Shown piece after piece: positions 18,362-29,671 of a DNA stretch of 64,000 bases. How positions within the stretch are numbered: the first letter of the stretch is position 1; each line of letters opens with the position of its first letter. The position numbers and the translations under genes are program-made. Under the pieces are notes generated by a model. It was not told the origin of the DNA and ran no database searches. It saw nothing but the letters and a program-made list of their open reading frames with translations. This stretch comes from a virus (Duplodnaviria > Caudoviricetes). The stretch spans positions 1,786 to 65,785 of the IMG/VR virus record IMGVR_UViG_3300021964_000051; one strand, 5' to 3'.

Positions 18362-18391
18362 GGGGAGCGTATGCTCCCTCTCCTTTTTTTT
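18362..18391 (+). terminator. hairpin plus T-tract terminator at the end of the replication arm
   Basis: GGGAGC-GTAT-GCTCCC followed by T8 and further T runs, directly after the last + strand stop codon. Confidence 0.7.
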
Positions 18392-18551
18392 GGATTTTTT
18401 TCTATGGCCTATTTTAAATTCGCTTATTACGAATTTTGTTGGGCTAAATGAGAGCATTTCCGCATTTTAGAAAGGCGACCCCCCTTGCATTCAATACCAC
18501 AATCTCGGCCAATAAATGCAACGCAAAAGTTGGTATTGTTTAGCCAAATAC

Positions 18552-19871
18552 TCACAATTTGTAAGCCATCCATTCAGTTCCGCTTAAGCATATAACTTCC
18601 CAAATATCGCCAGCCGCACCTGTTGGAGTAGTTTGTGATAAAATTTCATAGGGAGTAAATACTGGAGTTCTAGTAACATCATACAATTGGTCACCACTTT
18701 GAACATCAATTGTTAAACTTCCTGTTCCAGTAACGGGAAGAATTAATCTGTAAATTTGTCCCGTTCTTGCAGAAGAAGCAGAAGGCAAATTTAAAGTCAA
18801 ATTGTTTCCGATAGGGTCTAAAGAAGCAAGAATAATATAATCTTCATCTGTAATATCATAAGTATTAAATGGAGGTGGGGCGGCCACTTGTTCAACTAAA
18901 TTCACAACTAAGCCTTTTGTTTTAGAAACGCCACTTACATGAAGTTCTGCATCGGGAGCCGCTACATTGATTCCGACACCATCTTGACTTCCATCAACAA
19001 CCAACATATTGACATTATTATCAGACTCAACTCTAAAATCAACACTAGCCCCTGCATCATTAAAAACAACATTTCCTGCAACAGTTAAAGCACCTGTTAA
19101 ATCTAATGTTGATTCTCCTTCAACTGCTGAAATAGCCCTTGCCCCAGTATGATATAAATTAGTTGAACCTTCGCTTAAATCATCAGTATCTTTTGTAGCG
19201 AGCCTAGTATCAAAGTCTGTATTAAATGAAGTGTATGCGGATAAGTCTGCGATGCTTTGCGGAGTTACAGTTTTTAAAGTGTTATCTGTTGCGTCTTTAA
19301 CATATATTCTATCGTTTGTTCCGTCTAAAGTAACATCTGTTGGCCCAGTAACTAAGATACCGTTAGCATCAGCAGTAATAGTTCCTTTTTCAGTATAGCC
19401 TGAATTATTATAACCAATACTTAGCGAATTTTCAGTTTTATTAACTGTTAAATACTGAATGGGCATAGGATTTGCCCCATCATATGTAATCATAGCAATA
19501 ATAGTGTCTCCTGTTGTTATTGAAGGAACTTTTTGATTTGTTTCAGTAGCGGTAGGGGCTCTTAAAACAATATTATTTGAAGAATTTACAACTAACAAAT
19601 GATAACCGTTAGTGTATGTGGTAGTTAAGGTTAAACTGGAAGGAGTAGCAACAATTGAAATACTTTTACCATCTCTAAAAATTACTCCTGATGAAACATC
19701 AATAGATGTGGCGGAATTAATCGTGATATTAAATCCACTAATAGCATAATTTTGACCTAATCCATCTGATAAGGCCTTAATGATTCCCGTATGGGGAAAA
19801 TCTGTTCCATCAGTAATTTGGTTTGGTGTTCCTGTTGTGCTTTGTCCATAAAAATTTGGGTTATTCACCAT
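18552..19871 (-). CDS. tail fibre / receptor-binding protein
   Basis: Thr/Ser/Gly-rich. Contains TDDLSEGSTNLY and FN..GA.VDFRVESD segments typical of marine viral fibres and a C-terminal LTLNLPSA...W domain; last gene of the tail module. Confidence 0.7.
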   Translation of the reverse strand: MVNNPNFYGQSTTGTPNQITDGTDFPHTGIIKALSDGLGQNYAISGFNITINSATSIDVSSGVIFRDGKSISIVATPSSLTLTTTYTNGYHLLVVNSSNNIVLRAPTATETNQKVPSITTGDTIIAMITYDGANPMPIQYLTVNKTENSLSIGYNNSGYTEKGTITADANGILVTGPTDVTLDGTNDRIYVKDATDNTLKTVTPQSIADLSAYTSFNTDFDTRLATKDTDDLSEGSTNLYHTGARAISAVEGESTLDLTGALTVAGNVVFNDAGASVDFRVESDNNVNMLVVDGSQDGVGINVAAPDAELHVSGVSKTKGLVVNLVEQVAAPPPFNTYDITDEDYIILASLDPIGNNLTLNLPSASSARTGQIYRLILPVTGTGSLTIDVQSGDQLYDVTRTPVFTPYEILSQTTPTGAAGDIWEVICLSGTEWMAYKL

Positions 19872-19872
19872 T

Positions 19873-20211
19873 TTACTCAACCTCCAATAATACAAATAGT
19901 TCTAATACTTCAGTAGTAGAGAAAGGGCCGACTCCATCAAAGTTAATTCTATAAACCAAATCGCTTCCATTAAACAAACCTAATTCACGAATTACCTTTC
20001 CTTGAATAGAGTTACCATCAACACTTACTTTTACTTCTAATACATTCAAATCTGATTTTGTAATAGTAGGTGTTAAAGTAAGACCTAAAGGAACATCTAA
20101 AGAGGTAGCACTAGGGCTAGTTGAATTACCTCCTAATCCTATATCAGCAGAATCAAATAAATTATCTTTAATATAAGAAGCAACAAGAGTTTTAAGTTCA
20201 TCTGTTATCAT
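19873..20211 (-). CDS. small tail-tip/baseplate protein
   Basis: IGLGG...IRELGLF motif typical of fibre-collar/baseplate proteins. Confidence 0.55.
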   Translation of the reverse strand: MITDELKTLVASYIKDNLFDSADIGLGGNSTSPSATSLDVPLGLTLTPTITKSDLNVLEVKVSVDGNSIQGKVIRELGLFNGSDLVYRINFDGVGPFSTTEVLELFVLLEVE

Positions 20212-23200
20212 ATCAAATCTTCCTCCAGTAAATCAGTTATTGTAGTTATTCCTGCATTGAATCCAAATGGTGTTGTAGCAGTATTGAAGGCCGTTCCAAA
20301 ACCGAGAGTTGCTCCGCCCGATGATTCCGTCTTGCGAATCTCCAATTTAAGTTCTTTGGTGTCAAGCGTATTAATGAAATTATATGAAATTTCATTGGAA
20401 GTTAATTCATTACTTCTAAGGGCGGCTTTTGTTTCTTTACTAGAAACCAATAATTCTGAAAAAATATCTGACAAATCTTTACTATATCTTCCTAATTCTA
20501 ATTTAATGAATCCTTTAAGTTGGTGTTCCATTTCTAATACAATATATTTATTCATTTCAATATTTTCTCTAGGAATAGATACATTTACAATATCACCCAC
20601 TCGTAGTTGATTTATTCCTTTATTTTGCATAGTAAATGAAAGTTTCTGATTAAGACTAGAATGAAGGCGTAAAAGTTTAGTGGCTTTTTTATCTACTTCT
20701 TCTTGAGTAATTAAGGTATTATCTACGACTTCTAATGTTTTTCTTCCTCTTTTTTGTATTGAACGCAAGTCTTTACGAGTTGCTTTGTGAACATTTCCAT
20801 AAACAATAATTTCATTAAAAAAGTCAAAGAGAGTAGAAACTTTTTCAAAATCACTAATTAAAAAATTATCGCTATCATCAATTGTAATATTTGTTTTTAC
20901 TGAATTTTCATCATCTGGGAAAATTTTAAACACATTATTTTCTTCAATAAGTTTCATTTCTTTTCTATCAAGAATATATCGGATTGCAGAATATAAGTTT
21001 ATGCCTTGATAGTTAGGTGCTAAATACATCGGAACATCAGTTGAAGTAGTTGTAAATTCAATTCCTTCCTGTTCAAGCAGTTCATTTATTAAATCTTCGC
21101 CTTCAAGACCAATACTTACAGTTGAACCAATACAGGCTCTATTAGCATCAATTTTTACTTCTTGCTTAGATGTAACTAAAAAGGTTTCAGAAACAGAAAC
21201 AACTCCATTTAAATTATAAATATTTGAAAAATTTAAAAGTCCTTCGTTATTCATATTTATTTTTATTTTTTTACTAGTATTTCCGTCACTAATATGCAAA
21301 TCATGTTCCCCTTCGCTTAAAATATCATCTATAAAGTTATCTACATCTTTTATGACAATTCCATCATCTGATGATTGTTTATCTAAATCAATAGCAACAA
21401 ACATAGATAAAATCCCCTCATCTCCAAAGGTATATGTATCTCTGTAATCTGTGGTTTCTTTCAAAAGGTAATTATCTTTAATATTATAAATTTCATTTTT
21501 ATTTGCTATTTTAGTATATTTATTATTTAAAGTATTTAGTTCAATATCTTTAGGGAAAAAAGAATATGAAAAAGTTTCATTTGGTTGTAAGATACGATAA
21601 TTTGTTTCATAACTTAATTCAATATCTGTAATTAAGTGAAAGTGATTATCTGTTGTATTATCTGGTTCATGAGAAATAACATAAATTAGTTCCTCTGTTC
21701 TTAAACCATTAACGCTCCTTGAATCAGCACTATTGGCGATACTAGATTCAAACAATTGTCCTTTTTCTGCTACAAGATAACAACCTGTTAAATCAATAAA
21801 TTTTAAAAATGAATTTGCATGACTTTGGTTACTAGTGCATCTAATAATTGCTTTGTAAATATTACCGTTTGATGAAGAAATTGTTGTAGAAGATTGTAAA
21901 ATGGGATTAGTTTCAGTAGAAGCGTCAATTTTTAATATAGGTTTAAAAACCATATATGCCCCATCAATTCCTTGACTATCATAATTAGTAGTAGAAGTTG
22001 ATTTTTCTGTTATACTATCATAAGACTTAAAGTGTTCACTTGTTTTAAGAACAAGTCCTTCATAAGAACTGGGTGAACCCGCAGTATCTTGATGATAACC
22101 TCCACCAATAATAGAAGAAGTGGTAGCCCCTACATGAGCAGGATATTTTCCACCATCTTCAATACTAAATCTATCTAAAACAACTCCTTTCATATTATTA
22201 TATGTATTTTGATGGCTAAGAAAATCATGCAATACTTTTAACTCATAACCATCATATGAATTACTAAACCCTAAGTGAATATAAATAGGAAGAATTATTT
22301 CGGAATCTGTTGCTAAAGAAACAACACCAGTTGCTTGAGGAATAATTACTGTTTTTAAAGGATGAGGAGTAGAATCTAAATTGTCGAATTTATATGAATT
22401 AACTTTGTTTCTTCCTTTAATTTCTTTTTGAGTGGTAGTTATTTTAACACACGAAGTCGCAATAGAACCATTATCTGTTAAATAAATAAGAGTAGAAGTG
22501 TTATAAGTAGAACCTGAAACAAATGAGTCTATTTTACAAATATAATTTCCATTAGTGTCATAAATTTCATCTCCGCTACTTAAAGCGGGACTAGGGTTAG
22601 TAACAAAAGTAATAGTTGAAGAAGTTACCGAAGAAATATCAGGCAATACTACAACATCAAACGCTAAGGGAATATCTGCATATCCTCTTGTTTTTTCTTT
22701 TAAGTTTTTTTCTGGATTAACAGGATTAAAAAAACAATCATAACAAACTTCTGTTAATCTCATTAAACCAAATCTTTTGATAGAAGAAATATCTAAATCA
22801 CTATTAAAATTAAGGTCTTGGAAATTAGCATCAGATAATTGTTCATTAGTATTTACCAAAAATAAATTATAGTTGTTTAAGTTTTTGTTTCCCGACATAA
22901 GACTATCTGTTCTTTTTGAAGAGTATGGTAATAAATCATAATTAACATACAAAAATAGTCTTTGGGCAGAATCATCTAAAAAGGTATGACTTCTACTAAT
23001 TAATCCTAATTTATAATCATATTTTATGAAAGCATTTTTTGTTCGGGTTTTATCAATTCTAACATCAGTTAAGTTAGAACCATAAGTGCTAGTTTGTGCC
23101 CTATAATCAATAGAAAAGGTTCTAAAGGCTGAGTCTGTTTTATCCCAGTTAATTATATTATTAGTTTCAGAATAAGGAGATACTCGGTAAGCACTTGTTA

Positions 23201-26153
23201 AATAATTTCTTTTTGAAGGAGAGTCATATAATTTTCTATCTGCTTGGTTAGATGAGGTCATATTTCCTACATTAGAACCAAAATTTCCTTTAGAAAATTT
23301 AATAGGGTGATAAATAAAATTTCCATATTTATTGCTATAGTGTCCAGAACCATTTGTATTTTCAATATTAAATCCTATTGTGCCTAAAGAAGAATCATTT
23401 TTTGGATGAATTAATCCTATTGTTTTGCCGCCCCATAAATGTTCACCGTTAATTGTAGCAACATTATGTATTTTAACATTAGCAGTATAAATTTTTGAAC
23501 TTAAAGGTATATCGCCAACTGCTCTATCTAAGTAGACATTAAAAACACTTCCAGAAGAACTGGTTAGATTAACTATTTCTAATACTTTTCCTATGTAAAT
23601 TTTATTTTCTCCCATAAATAAAGGAGTATCTTTTATTAATGTATATGCTGTTGAAGAGGTTGTAGTAAAAACAAAATCATTTGTTCCTGCTTGACTTGCA
23701 GAAATAGTTGCTACTTCAGTAAAAGTGTATTCATTTTTATAGTCATGATATTCGGCTAATCTTCCTAAAGTGATTGGAATATATGGAGATAATTCTAATT
23801 GGGTAATATTTTCTTTTTTTGTGATAGAAACTACTTCAAAATCAATTAAGGTATTAATGGTATCAAAATTAGAATAAGCATCTGTTCCATGCTCATCCTT
23901 TAATCTAGTTTGAAAATTTAAATCATTAGATATAGAAGAAGGTGAATTAATAGCGTAGCCTATTGCCTGTGAACCAGAATTAGAACTTGTCCCTACTAAT
24001 GCATTTTCTTCAACTCCTGTTAAAATATTAATTTCATTTCCAGACTTAAAAACTAAACCCTTATTTGCAGAACCCGTAAGAGTGCTGGGTTTTATGCTAT
24101 CTAAGTGTGATGCTCCTAATGCCTTTGATAATATATAATTTTTTACATTTCTATTAACAAAAATTTCTCCAGAATAAGCAATATTATCTGTCGTTTTTAA
24201 ATAAATTTTGTATGTTATTCCAGTAATTAGTTCAACAGTTTGGACTTCCCCAATATAAATATCAGTAGTAAAAAGATAATCTCCTACTACTGGTAATTGA
24301 TTTAAGGAAGTAGTTCCCGTTGAAATCAACCTATCGCCCTTTGAAGCATCGTCAGTAGCCGCCACACTAAATGAAGTTGATGTTTTAATAGAAGTTAATT
24401 GGTTATAATAACTTTTAGTAGAATAAATAATATCTTCGCTAAACAAAGTATTTAAATTTACAACAGGAGAAAGTAATTTGCTAAATTTATCTCTGCCTTG
24501 AATTTCCATAATAGTTTGTCCATCTTCTTTTCTGCTTTCAATATTTTCAACTTCACCGTTAAATCTCTCAATAAAAATTTGATATTGTCCTTTAGTAAAA
24601 CTTAAAGCGTTAGAGGTATATGAATCATCATCAAAAGATAAAGTAATCATTCCTTTAACTGCATCACAAGCAGTAATTGTAGCAAACCTTTCATTATGAT
24701 TTAATGATGTAAAAGAAACATACATCTTGCTAAACCTTCCATTCAGTAGTGAAATATCAAGCATAAGTGTCCCATTTGTTGCGTTATATGCTCGCCGTTG
24801 AAGCACATCTCCGCTTGATGGGGTCGTTGCTGATGAAGCAAAAACTCCCTCGCTCTCGGTTCTCACATAGGGGTCTGTGCCGTCATTCTCAACTGTGATT
24901 GTTTGGGTATTTCCCGACAGGGAACCAAAGTCCTCAATGATGAAAATATTGTTTCCTAATTTAATTTCATCTCCATCATTTAATACATCTTCTAAATCAT
25001 ATTCTGTATCAAAGGTATATACATTACCTGAATTAGAACTATAAGTAGCCTTAAGAGAAAAGAAACTATTTAATTCACCACGATGAATATTATGCCTTAC
25101 CCTATAACTATAAAACTCTTTAATTTTACTAGGCATAATTCTTGCATTATCAATAATTAAAGTTTCCGCAAATCCTCCCTTTCCATCAATAGATTCAGTA
25201 TTAGTGTGCTCAAATACATTATACAAAATATTTGATTTTGTAGGAGAATAATCATAATGTAAATATCTAGTAGGGCCAATATAATTAGGAGAATTAATTT
25301 CATCATCTAATATTCTGTTAGCATTAATATAAGTTTGATTAAAAACAGTAGTGTCTGCAACCCCTGTTCTGCCTTCATTTGAAGTATAATTGCTGGCTTG
25401 AAGAGAATCCAATTCTTCTAACTTATCTGTTAATTTAACTCTATGAGAAAATTTACTGTAATCAACAATTATATTACCAAAATCCTGAAGAGTCACAAAT
25501 GTTTTTGATGGGTCTGTATTGTCCAAAGTATAAGAATTAGCCGTTCCGCATTCTCTAACAGCATAATATTTTGTATTATGATTTAGTTCATTGGGTTTAT
25601 CTAACCCGTCATAAAAATAAAAGTGTGGCCGAGCAACCACCATTCTTCTCGCTAATTCATCCACTAGGTCTGCTGAATTATCTTGAAGTAATCCCAAAGA
25701 AATAGCAACAACATTTGTATTTTTAACCATTTCAAAAATAATGAATTTAGTATCTTTAGGGATTTCATTTCCCAATTTTGGTGTAAATTCAAAAGCATCT
25801 CCTTCTTCATCTTCTGTTTTTACTTCAGTAATTTTAGCAAAATGATGTTGAAATGGACTATCTGAATATAATAAGACAAAATAATCATTTGTGTTTAGTT
25901 GTAATTCACTAGGATTAAATCTAATTCCCTCGCTAGTTAGTGAATTAAAGCATTTGATTCTAAATCCTTTCGTTGTGTTTAGATTAGAATATTCTGAAAC
26001 AGTTCCTCCCCATCCTTGAATAGAAATAGATGGGTTTCCAATAGATGTAATTGCAGTATAAATTCTATCTCCATCTGAAAAATCAGAAGTAGAAGAAGTC
26101 AATTGAGGATTTGTTGGTGCATTAAAATCATCACCTTGAATATTCAAACTCAT
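20208..26153 (-). CDS. large tail-tip (hub/central spike) protein
   Basis: 1981 aa, beta-rich. Hub-like segments (FNGEVENI..IQGRD; NEIIVYG; LRVGDIVNV) flank a long AT-rich insertion. Confidence 0.65.
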   Translation of the reverse strand: MSLNIQGDDFNAPTNPQLTSSTSDFSDGDRIYTAITSIGNPSISIQGWGGTVSEYSNLNTTKGFRIKCFNSLTSEGIRFNPSELQLNTNDYFVLLYSDSPFQHHFAKITEVKTEDEEGDAFEFTPKLGNEIPKDTKFIIFEMVKNTNVVAISLGLLQDNSADLVDELARRMVVARPHFYFYDGLDKPNELNHNTKYYAVRECGTANSYTLDNTDPSKTFVTLQDFGNIIVDYSKFSHRVKLTDKLEELDSLQASNYTSNEGRTGVADTTVFNQTYINANRILDDEINSPNYIGPTRYLHYDYSPTKSNILYNVFEHTNTESIDGKGGFAETLIIDNARIMPSKIKEFYSYRVRHNIHRGELNSFFSLKATYSSNSGNVYTFDTEYDLEDVLNDGDEIKLGNNIFIIEDFGSLSGNTQTITVENDGTDPYVRTESEGVFASSATTPSSGDVLQRRAYNATNGTLMLDISLLNGRFSKMYVSFTSLNHNERFATITACDAVKGMITLSFDDDSYTSNALSFTKGQYQIFIERFNGEVENIESRKEDGQTIMEIQGRDKFSKLLSPVVNLNTLFSEDIIYSTKSYYNQLTSIKTSTSFSVAATDDASKGDRLISTGTTSLNQLPVVGDYLFTTDIYIGEVQTVELITGITYKIYLKTTDNIAYSGEIFVNRNVKNYILSKALGASHLDSIKPSTLTGSANKGLVFKSGNEINILTGVEENALVGTSSNSGSQAIGYAINSPSSISNDLNFQTRLKDEHGTDAYSNFDTINTLIDFEVVSITKKENITQLELSPYIPITLGRLAEYHDYKNEYTFTEVATISASQAGTNDFVFTTTSSTAYTLIKDTPLFMGENKIYIGKVLEIVNLTSSSGSVFNVYLDRAVGDIPLSSKIYTANVKIHNVATINGEHLWGGKTIGLIHPKNDSSLGTIGFNIENTNGSGHYSNKYGNFIYHPIKFSKGNFGSNVGNMTSSNQADRKLYDSPSKRNYLTSAYRVSPYSETNNIINWDKTDSAFRTFSIDYRAQTSTYGSNLTDVRIDKTRTKNAFIKYDYKLGLISRSHTFLDDSAQRLFLYVNYDLLPYSSKRTDSLMSGNKNLNNYNLFLVNTNEQLSDANFQDLNFNSDLDISSIKRFGLMRLTEVCYDCFFNPVNPEKNLKEKTRGYADIPLAFDVVVLPDISSVTSSTITFVTNPSPALSSGDEIYDTNGNYICKIDSFVSGSTYNTSTLIYLTDNGSIATSCVKITTTQKEIKGRNKVNSYKFDNLDSTPHPLKTVIIPQATGVVSLATDSEIILPIYIHLGFSNSYDGYELKVLHDFLSHQNTYNNMKGVVLDRFSIEDGGKYPAHVGATTSSIIGGGYHQDTAGSPSSYEGLVLKTSEHFKSYDSITEKSTSTTNYDSQGIDGAYMVFKPILKIDASTETNPILQSSTTISSSNGNIYKAIIRCTSNQSHANSFLKFIDLTGCYLVAEKGQLFESSIANSADSRSVNGLRTEELIYVISHEPDNTTDNHFHLITDIELSYETNYRILQPNETFSYSFFPKDIELNTLNNKYTKIANKNEIYNIKDNYLLKETTDYRDTYTFGDEGILSMFVAIDLDKQSSDDGIVIKDVDNFIDDILSEGEHDLHISDGNTSKKIKINMNNEGLLNFSNIYNLNGVVSVSETFLVTSKQEVKIDANRACIGSTVSIGLEGEDLINELLEQEGIEFTTTSTDVPMYLAPNYQGINLYSAIRYILDRKEMKLIEENNVFKIFPDDENSVKTNITIDDSDNFLISDFEKVSTLFDFFNEIIVYGNVHKATRKDLRSIQKRGRKTLEVVDNTLITQEEVDKKATKLLRLHSSLNQKLSFTMQNKGINQLRVGDIVNVSIPRENIEMNKYIVLEMEHQLKGFIKLELGRYSKDLSDIFSELLVSSKETKAALRSNELTSNEISYNFINTLDTKELKLEIRKTESSGGATLGFGTAFNTATTPFGFNAGITTITDLLEEDLI

Positions 26154-27322
26154 TCGTCCACCTCCTCAAATCGCAAATATAAAACAGTATTGTTATAGTT
26201 CGGCATTAAGTTGTTAATAGCAGAAAATTCAGTTTTACGAATATTCATAATACTAAGTTCATGCAGTTCACCCATAAATTGATTATTAGTTGTGGCTGAA
26301 TTAGCACCCGTTGTTCCACTACCATTTGCACCAATATAAAAATCCTCTGCTTCCATTGAGAATGAATCTGTTTGAGTATGAGTTCCACTTTTAACTATTC
26401 TTCCGTTAAAAAAGATAAGTATTTCTTTATTTGTATTATCCCAAGAACAACCAATATGATAAGTGTTATTAATATAACTAGGTTCTTGAATGTTTTTTAT
26501 ATACAAAATATCACCACTATTAATACTAATAGGTGAGTCAGCAGACAAAGTAATAACACTTCCTGTAAAAGAATCAATTGTTCCAATAGAAACAAATTCA
26601 GCATCTTGCCGAACAAATAGTTCAGCATTATCAAAAAGAGTTGAATAACCTGCGCTATAATTTACTGTTGTTCCCGAAGAACCACTTCCAGCAATTGAGT
26701 TTCTTCTATATAGCATCTTACCATCAGTATCAAAGCCCTGTAAATCAGCAGTTGTTTGATATTTGTATTGACTACCTTCATTTGGTAAAATAACTGCATT
26801 ACTTGTAAAGTATTCCATCGGTGCAGTTCCTAATTTAATTCCTACTTTAATTTTATATCTTGCTGGATTATTTTCATTATGTAGAGTATCATTAACTAAA
26901 CTAATTTGAAAATTAGTGCTATGAAAAATTCTCATCTCATGGTTAATACGATTCGCTCTTGGTAAATATAGTTCACTTTCATGATTAGTATGAGTTGAAG
27001 CAGTATATATTGATTCTTCTAAAGCAGACATGATTTTTTTACTATTTGAAACAATTCCTATTCCATCAGTATGGGTTTCTTTAGTTAAATTACCTGTTTC
27101 GGGAATTGCTATATCTCCGCTTGCACTATGAGTCCCATAGCCATTAATTTCATAAGGAGTTAATACACATTCAAAAGTAAAATTATCATCTAAGTCCCAA
27201 ACACCGTAAGAAATACCTGTTCCTGAAGCAATATTATCTGAGTAGTCTAAAGTCAAAAAACCGTTACACATAACTGGAAAAACAAGCGAGCGTTGTTTTC
27301 CTGTGAAGATAGCATAAGACAT
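26150..27322 (-). CDS. LamG/concanavalin A-like tail protein
   Basis: FTFECVL, YHIGCSWD..IFFNG, FYIGA and FMGELHELSI. Confidence 0.75.
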   Translation of the reverse strand: MSYAIFTGKQRSLVFPVMCNGFLTLDYSDNIASGTGISYGVWDLDDNFTFECVLTPYEINGYGTHSASGDIAIPETGNLTKETHTDGIGIVSNSKKIMSALEESIYTASTHTNHESELYLPRANRINHEMRIFHSTNFQISLVNDTLHNENNPARYKIKVGIKLGTAPMEYFTSNAVILPNEGSQYKYQTTADLQGFDTDGKMLYRRNSIAGSGSSGTTVNYSAGYSTLFDNAELFVRQDAEFVSIGTIDSFTGSVITLSADSPISINSGDILYIKNIQEPSYINNTYHIGCSWDNTNKEILIFFNGRIVKSGTHTQTDSFSMEAEDFYIGANGSGTTGANSATTNNQFMGELHELSIMNIRKTEFSAINNLMPNYNNTVLYLRFEEVDE

Positions 27323-27331
27323 TTTTACACC

Positions 27332-27949
27332 TCAAGGAAGAACAGTTGCTACGACAAACTCCATTGTAAAGGAAACTTCAACAGTTTCTCCACTCATGTC
27401 ATAAGAAAAATTTTGAACAAATCCTGAAAGACCTGAAGAAGTTGAGGAAGTAGGAAATGGTTTAGCCAAAACAACATTTGTGTTATCTTTTTCTAAACCA
27501 ATACCTCTTGAAGCAAAGGTTAAAGGAATGTTTCTTTCAGCAACTTGTGAGTAGTTTTCATCCACCATTGAAGGAATCAAAACGACTAATTCGTTAATTG
27601 CTTGATAAGAAGCCAGACCTGTTGAATCAACACCAGACGCAATCATTTGAGCCAATTCTTGAGGAGTAAAATTAAGAGAGTCTGGAATGCTTCCTGTTTT
27701 TGTGTGTGTTCTTTGAATATTAGTTTCAGTAATAAATCCATTTAAAGTGATTCGTTTATTTGACATACCTAAATCTAAAGCGACTGTTGCAGATTCTCCT
27801 GTTGCTAACCCACTTAAAGGAACAGGAATAGCAGGAATCGTTTTATCAACAGAAACGCTAACAGTATTTACTCTCAAAGGAATAGTATCAATAGAAGCAC
27901 TACTTCCCGAATGGTTTTGCAGTTTTAAATAAACGAAATAGTCTGGCAT
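27332..27949 (-). CDS. putative distal tail protein
   Basis: Directly after the tape measure gene; RITLNG and FTMEF strands. Confidence 0.5.
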   Translation of the reverse strand: MPDYFVYLKLQNHSGSSASIDTIPLRVNTVSVSVDKTIPAIPVPLSGLATGESATVALDLGMSNKRITLNGFITETNIQRTHTKTGSIPDSLNFTPQELAQMIASGVDSTGLASYQAINELVVLIPSMVDENYSQVAERNIPLTFASRGIGLEKDNTNVVLAKPFPTSSTSSGLSGFVQNFSYDMSGETVEVSFTMEFVVATVLP

Positions 27950-27954
27950 TTATA

Positions 27955-29667
27955 TCACCTAAATGTGCTAGAAGAAGTGCTTCTATTAATCTTTGAGTTA
28001 ATCATCCGTCCAATTTCATCGGCCATTCTTCTCATTTCTGCTTTTGAAGAATCTTTAGCATTAATAGTAATGTTAAAATTATTTACTGTTCCGCTTGAGT
28101 TCATTCTTCTTGAATTACTGTTAGAATGCACTCTTGAACCTCTCGGTAATGAAACTAATTCTGGGCCTTTTTCACCAACAATAGCCATACCGTTATTAGC
28201 CATACCACCTGAAGCAAATAGTCCTATTCCTTTAATTTTTTTCCAAATCCATTTAACACCAGCCATTATAATAAAAACTCCTAAAACCGTTAAAGCAGCA
28301 GGAAGGCCAAAGAAGAAAGCAACAGCCGCAACAATAACTAAGGCCAATTTACCAAAGTTTTCTTTAAATCCTTTTACTGATTGTATTGCACCATTAAATA
28401 AATTTTCTATTGTTTTCCACGCTAAAGTAAATAATGCACTTGCAGTTACCCATAATATTCCTAAAGCAACCTGAACTAAGCCCCAAGCAATAGTAAAAAT
28501 ACCATCAAGCATTTGCATTAAATCTCCATTAATAAGACCCATAAATACATCTTTGACCCCTTCCCAAACATTTGCTAGTCCAGCAAGAAGTAGCCCTAAA
28601 TTATTTTTAAATACATCAAATGCTTCTTTTAATGCTGGCCAAATTGTTTTTCTTAGGAGAACTACAACAAGAGCAATACCAGTTAAATACATCATACCAG
28701 TAATTAAGAATTGCATGACTGGTGTTTTAATTAGTTTAATAAATTGGTCTGCTATTGTTTTTCCTCTTTCTTTCATGCTCATATTATTAAATAAAATAGC
28801 ACTTCGTAGAAATTTACTTCTTAACGCTCTTGTCTTAACTTGTGCTTTTAAATGCATAAGTTCTAAAAACCCAATCGCTTTTTGCATTCTTAAAGAAATT
28901 CCTGCCCCTGCACTCCCAACCGCCTCCTTTGTCTTTGTAAAAGCGGATTTTTGGGATTGAGAAACTTTAGTATCAACTCTTTTTTGTTGCTCGGCATCAA
29001 ATCCGAAAAGGCTTCCGAAAACACCCCCTTCTTCTTGTTCTGCTTTAAATCTCTGTGCTTCTGCATCCTGTGTCTTAGAAAGCCCTATTCTTTCAAAAGC
29101 ACCCCTAATATTTATTTTTCTACCTGCTTTACCAATTGTAGTAAAAATATTATTTGCATCTTCACCTTCTCCTGCTATTTGCCTAAGTGCTGCTGAAGTG
29201 GCTCTTAGGCTGGTTGATATTTTATTTACTGCTCTAAACATTCCAGGCGGTAAAAACCCATACATGATTTTTCTAGCAGTAGCGGCTTCAAATCCAAACA
29301 CTTTAATTGTTTGACTTGAACTGCTCAAAAGTAAATCAAGATATTCCATTCCAGCAATAACTGTTCCAGTCTTGCCTTTAATTCCTACAATATCTCTAAA
29401 AGTATCAAAATTTTTCTTAGTCTGTGTGAGACTTGATGAAATTAAATTAAGTTCTTTACCTTCTTTCTTTAATCTATCAACTAATTTTGAAGAAGCCTGT
29501 CCTCTCGTTAAGGCAATCTCATTAGCCTTTTCGGAGACTTTATTTGCTTCTTTTGTAATTCTAGTTGTTCTTTGGAATTGTTTTTCTAAATTTCCTAGAA
29601 CTCTATTCATTTCAACTAAGGCCGCATTGTTCGCAATAAGCGTATCAGTATATGTCGGCCTAGCCAT
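27955..29667 (-). CDS. tail tape measure protein
   Basis: Helical, with hydrophobic segments and the C-terminal FASGG...VGEKGPELV motif; follows the chaperone genes. Confidence 0.8.
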   Translation of the reverse strand: MARPTYTDTLIANNAALVEMNRVLGNLEKQFQRTTRITKEANKVSEKANEIALTRGQASSKLVDRLKKEGKELNLISSSLTQTKKNFDTFRDIVGIKGKTGTVIAGMEYLDLLLSSSSQTIKVFGFEAATARKIMYGFLPPGMFRAVNKISTSLRATSAALRQIAGEGEDANNIFTTIGKAGRKINIRGAFERIGLSKTQDAEAQRFKAEQEEGGVFGSLFGFDAEQQKRVDTKVSQSQKSAFTKTKEAVGSAGAGISLRMQKAIGFLELMHLKAQVKTRALRSKFLRSAILFNNMSMKERGKTIADQFIKLIKTPVMQFLITGMMYLTGIALVVVLLRKTIWPALKEAFDVFKNNLGLLLAGLANVWEGVKDVFMGLINGDLMQMLDGIFTIAWGLVQVALGILWVTASALFTLAWKTIENLFNGAIQSVKGFKENFGKLALVIVAAVAFFFGLPAALTVLGVFIIMAGVKWIWKKIKGIGLFASGGMANNGMAIVGEKGPELVSLPRGSRVHSNSNSRRMNSSGTVNNFNITINAKDSSKAEMRRMADEIGRMINSKINRSTSSSTFR

Positions 29668-29671
29668 TTAA

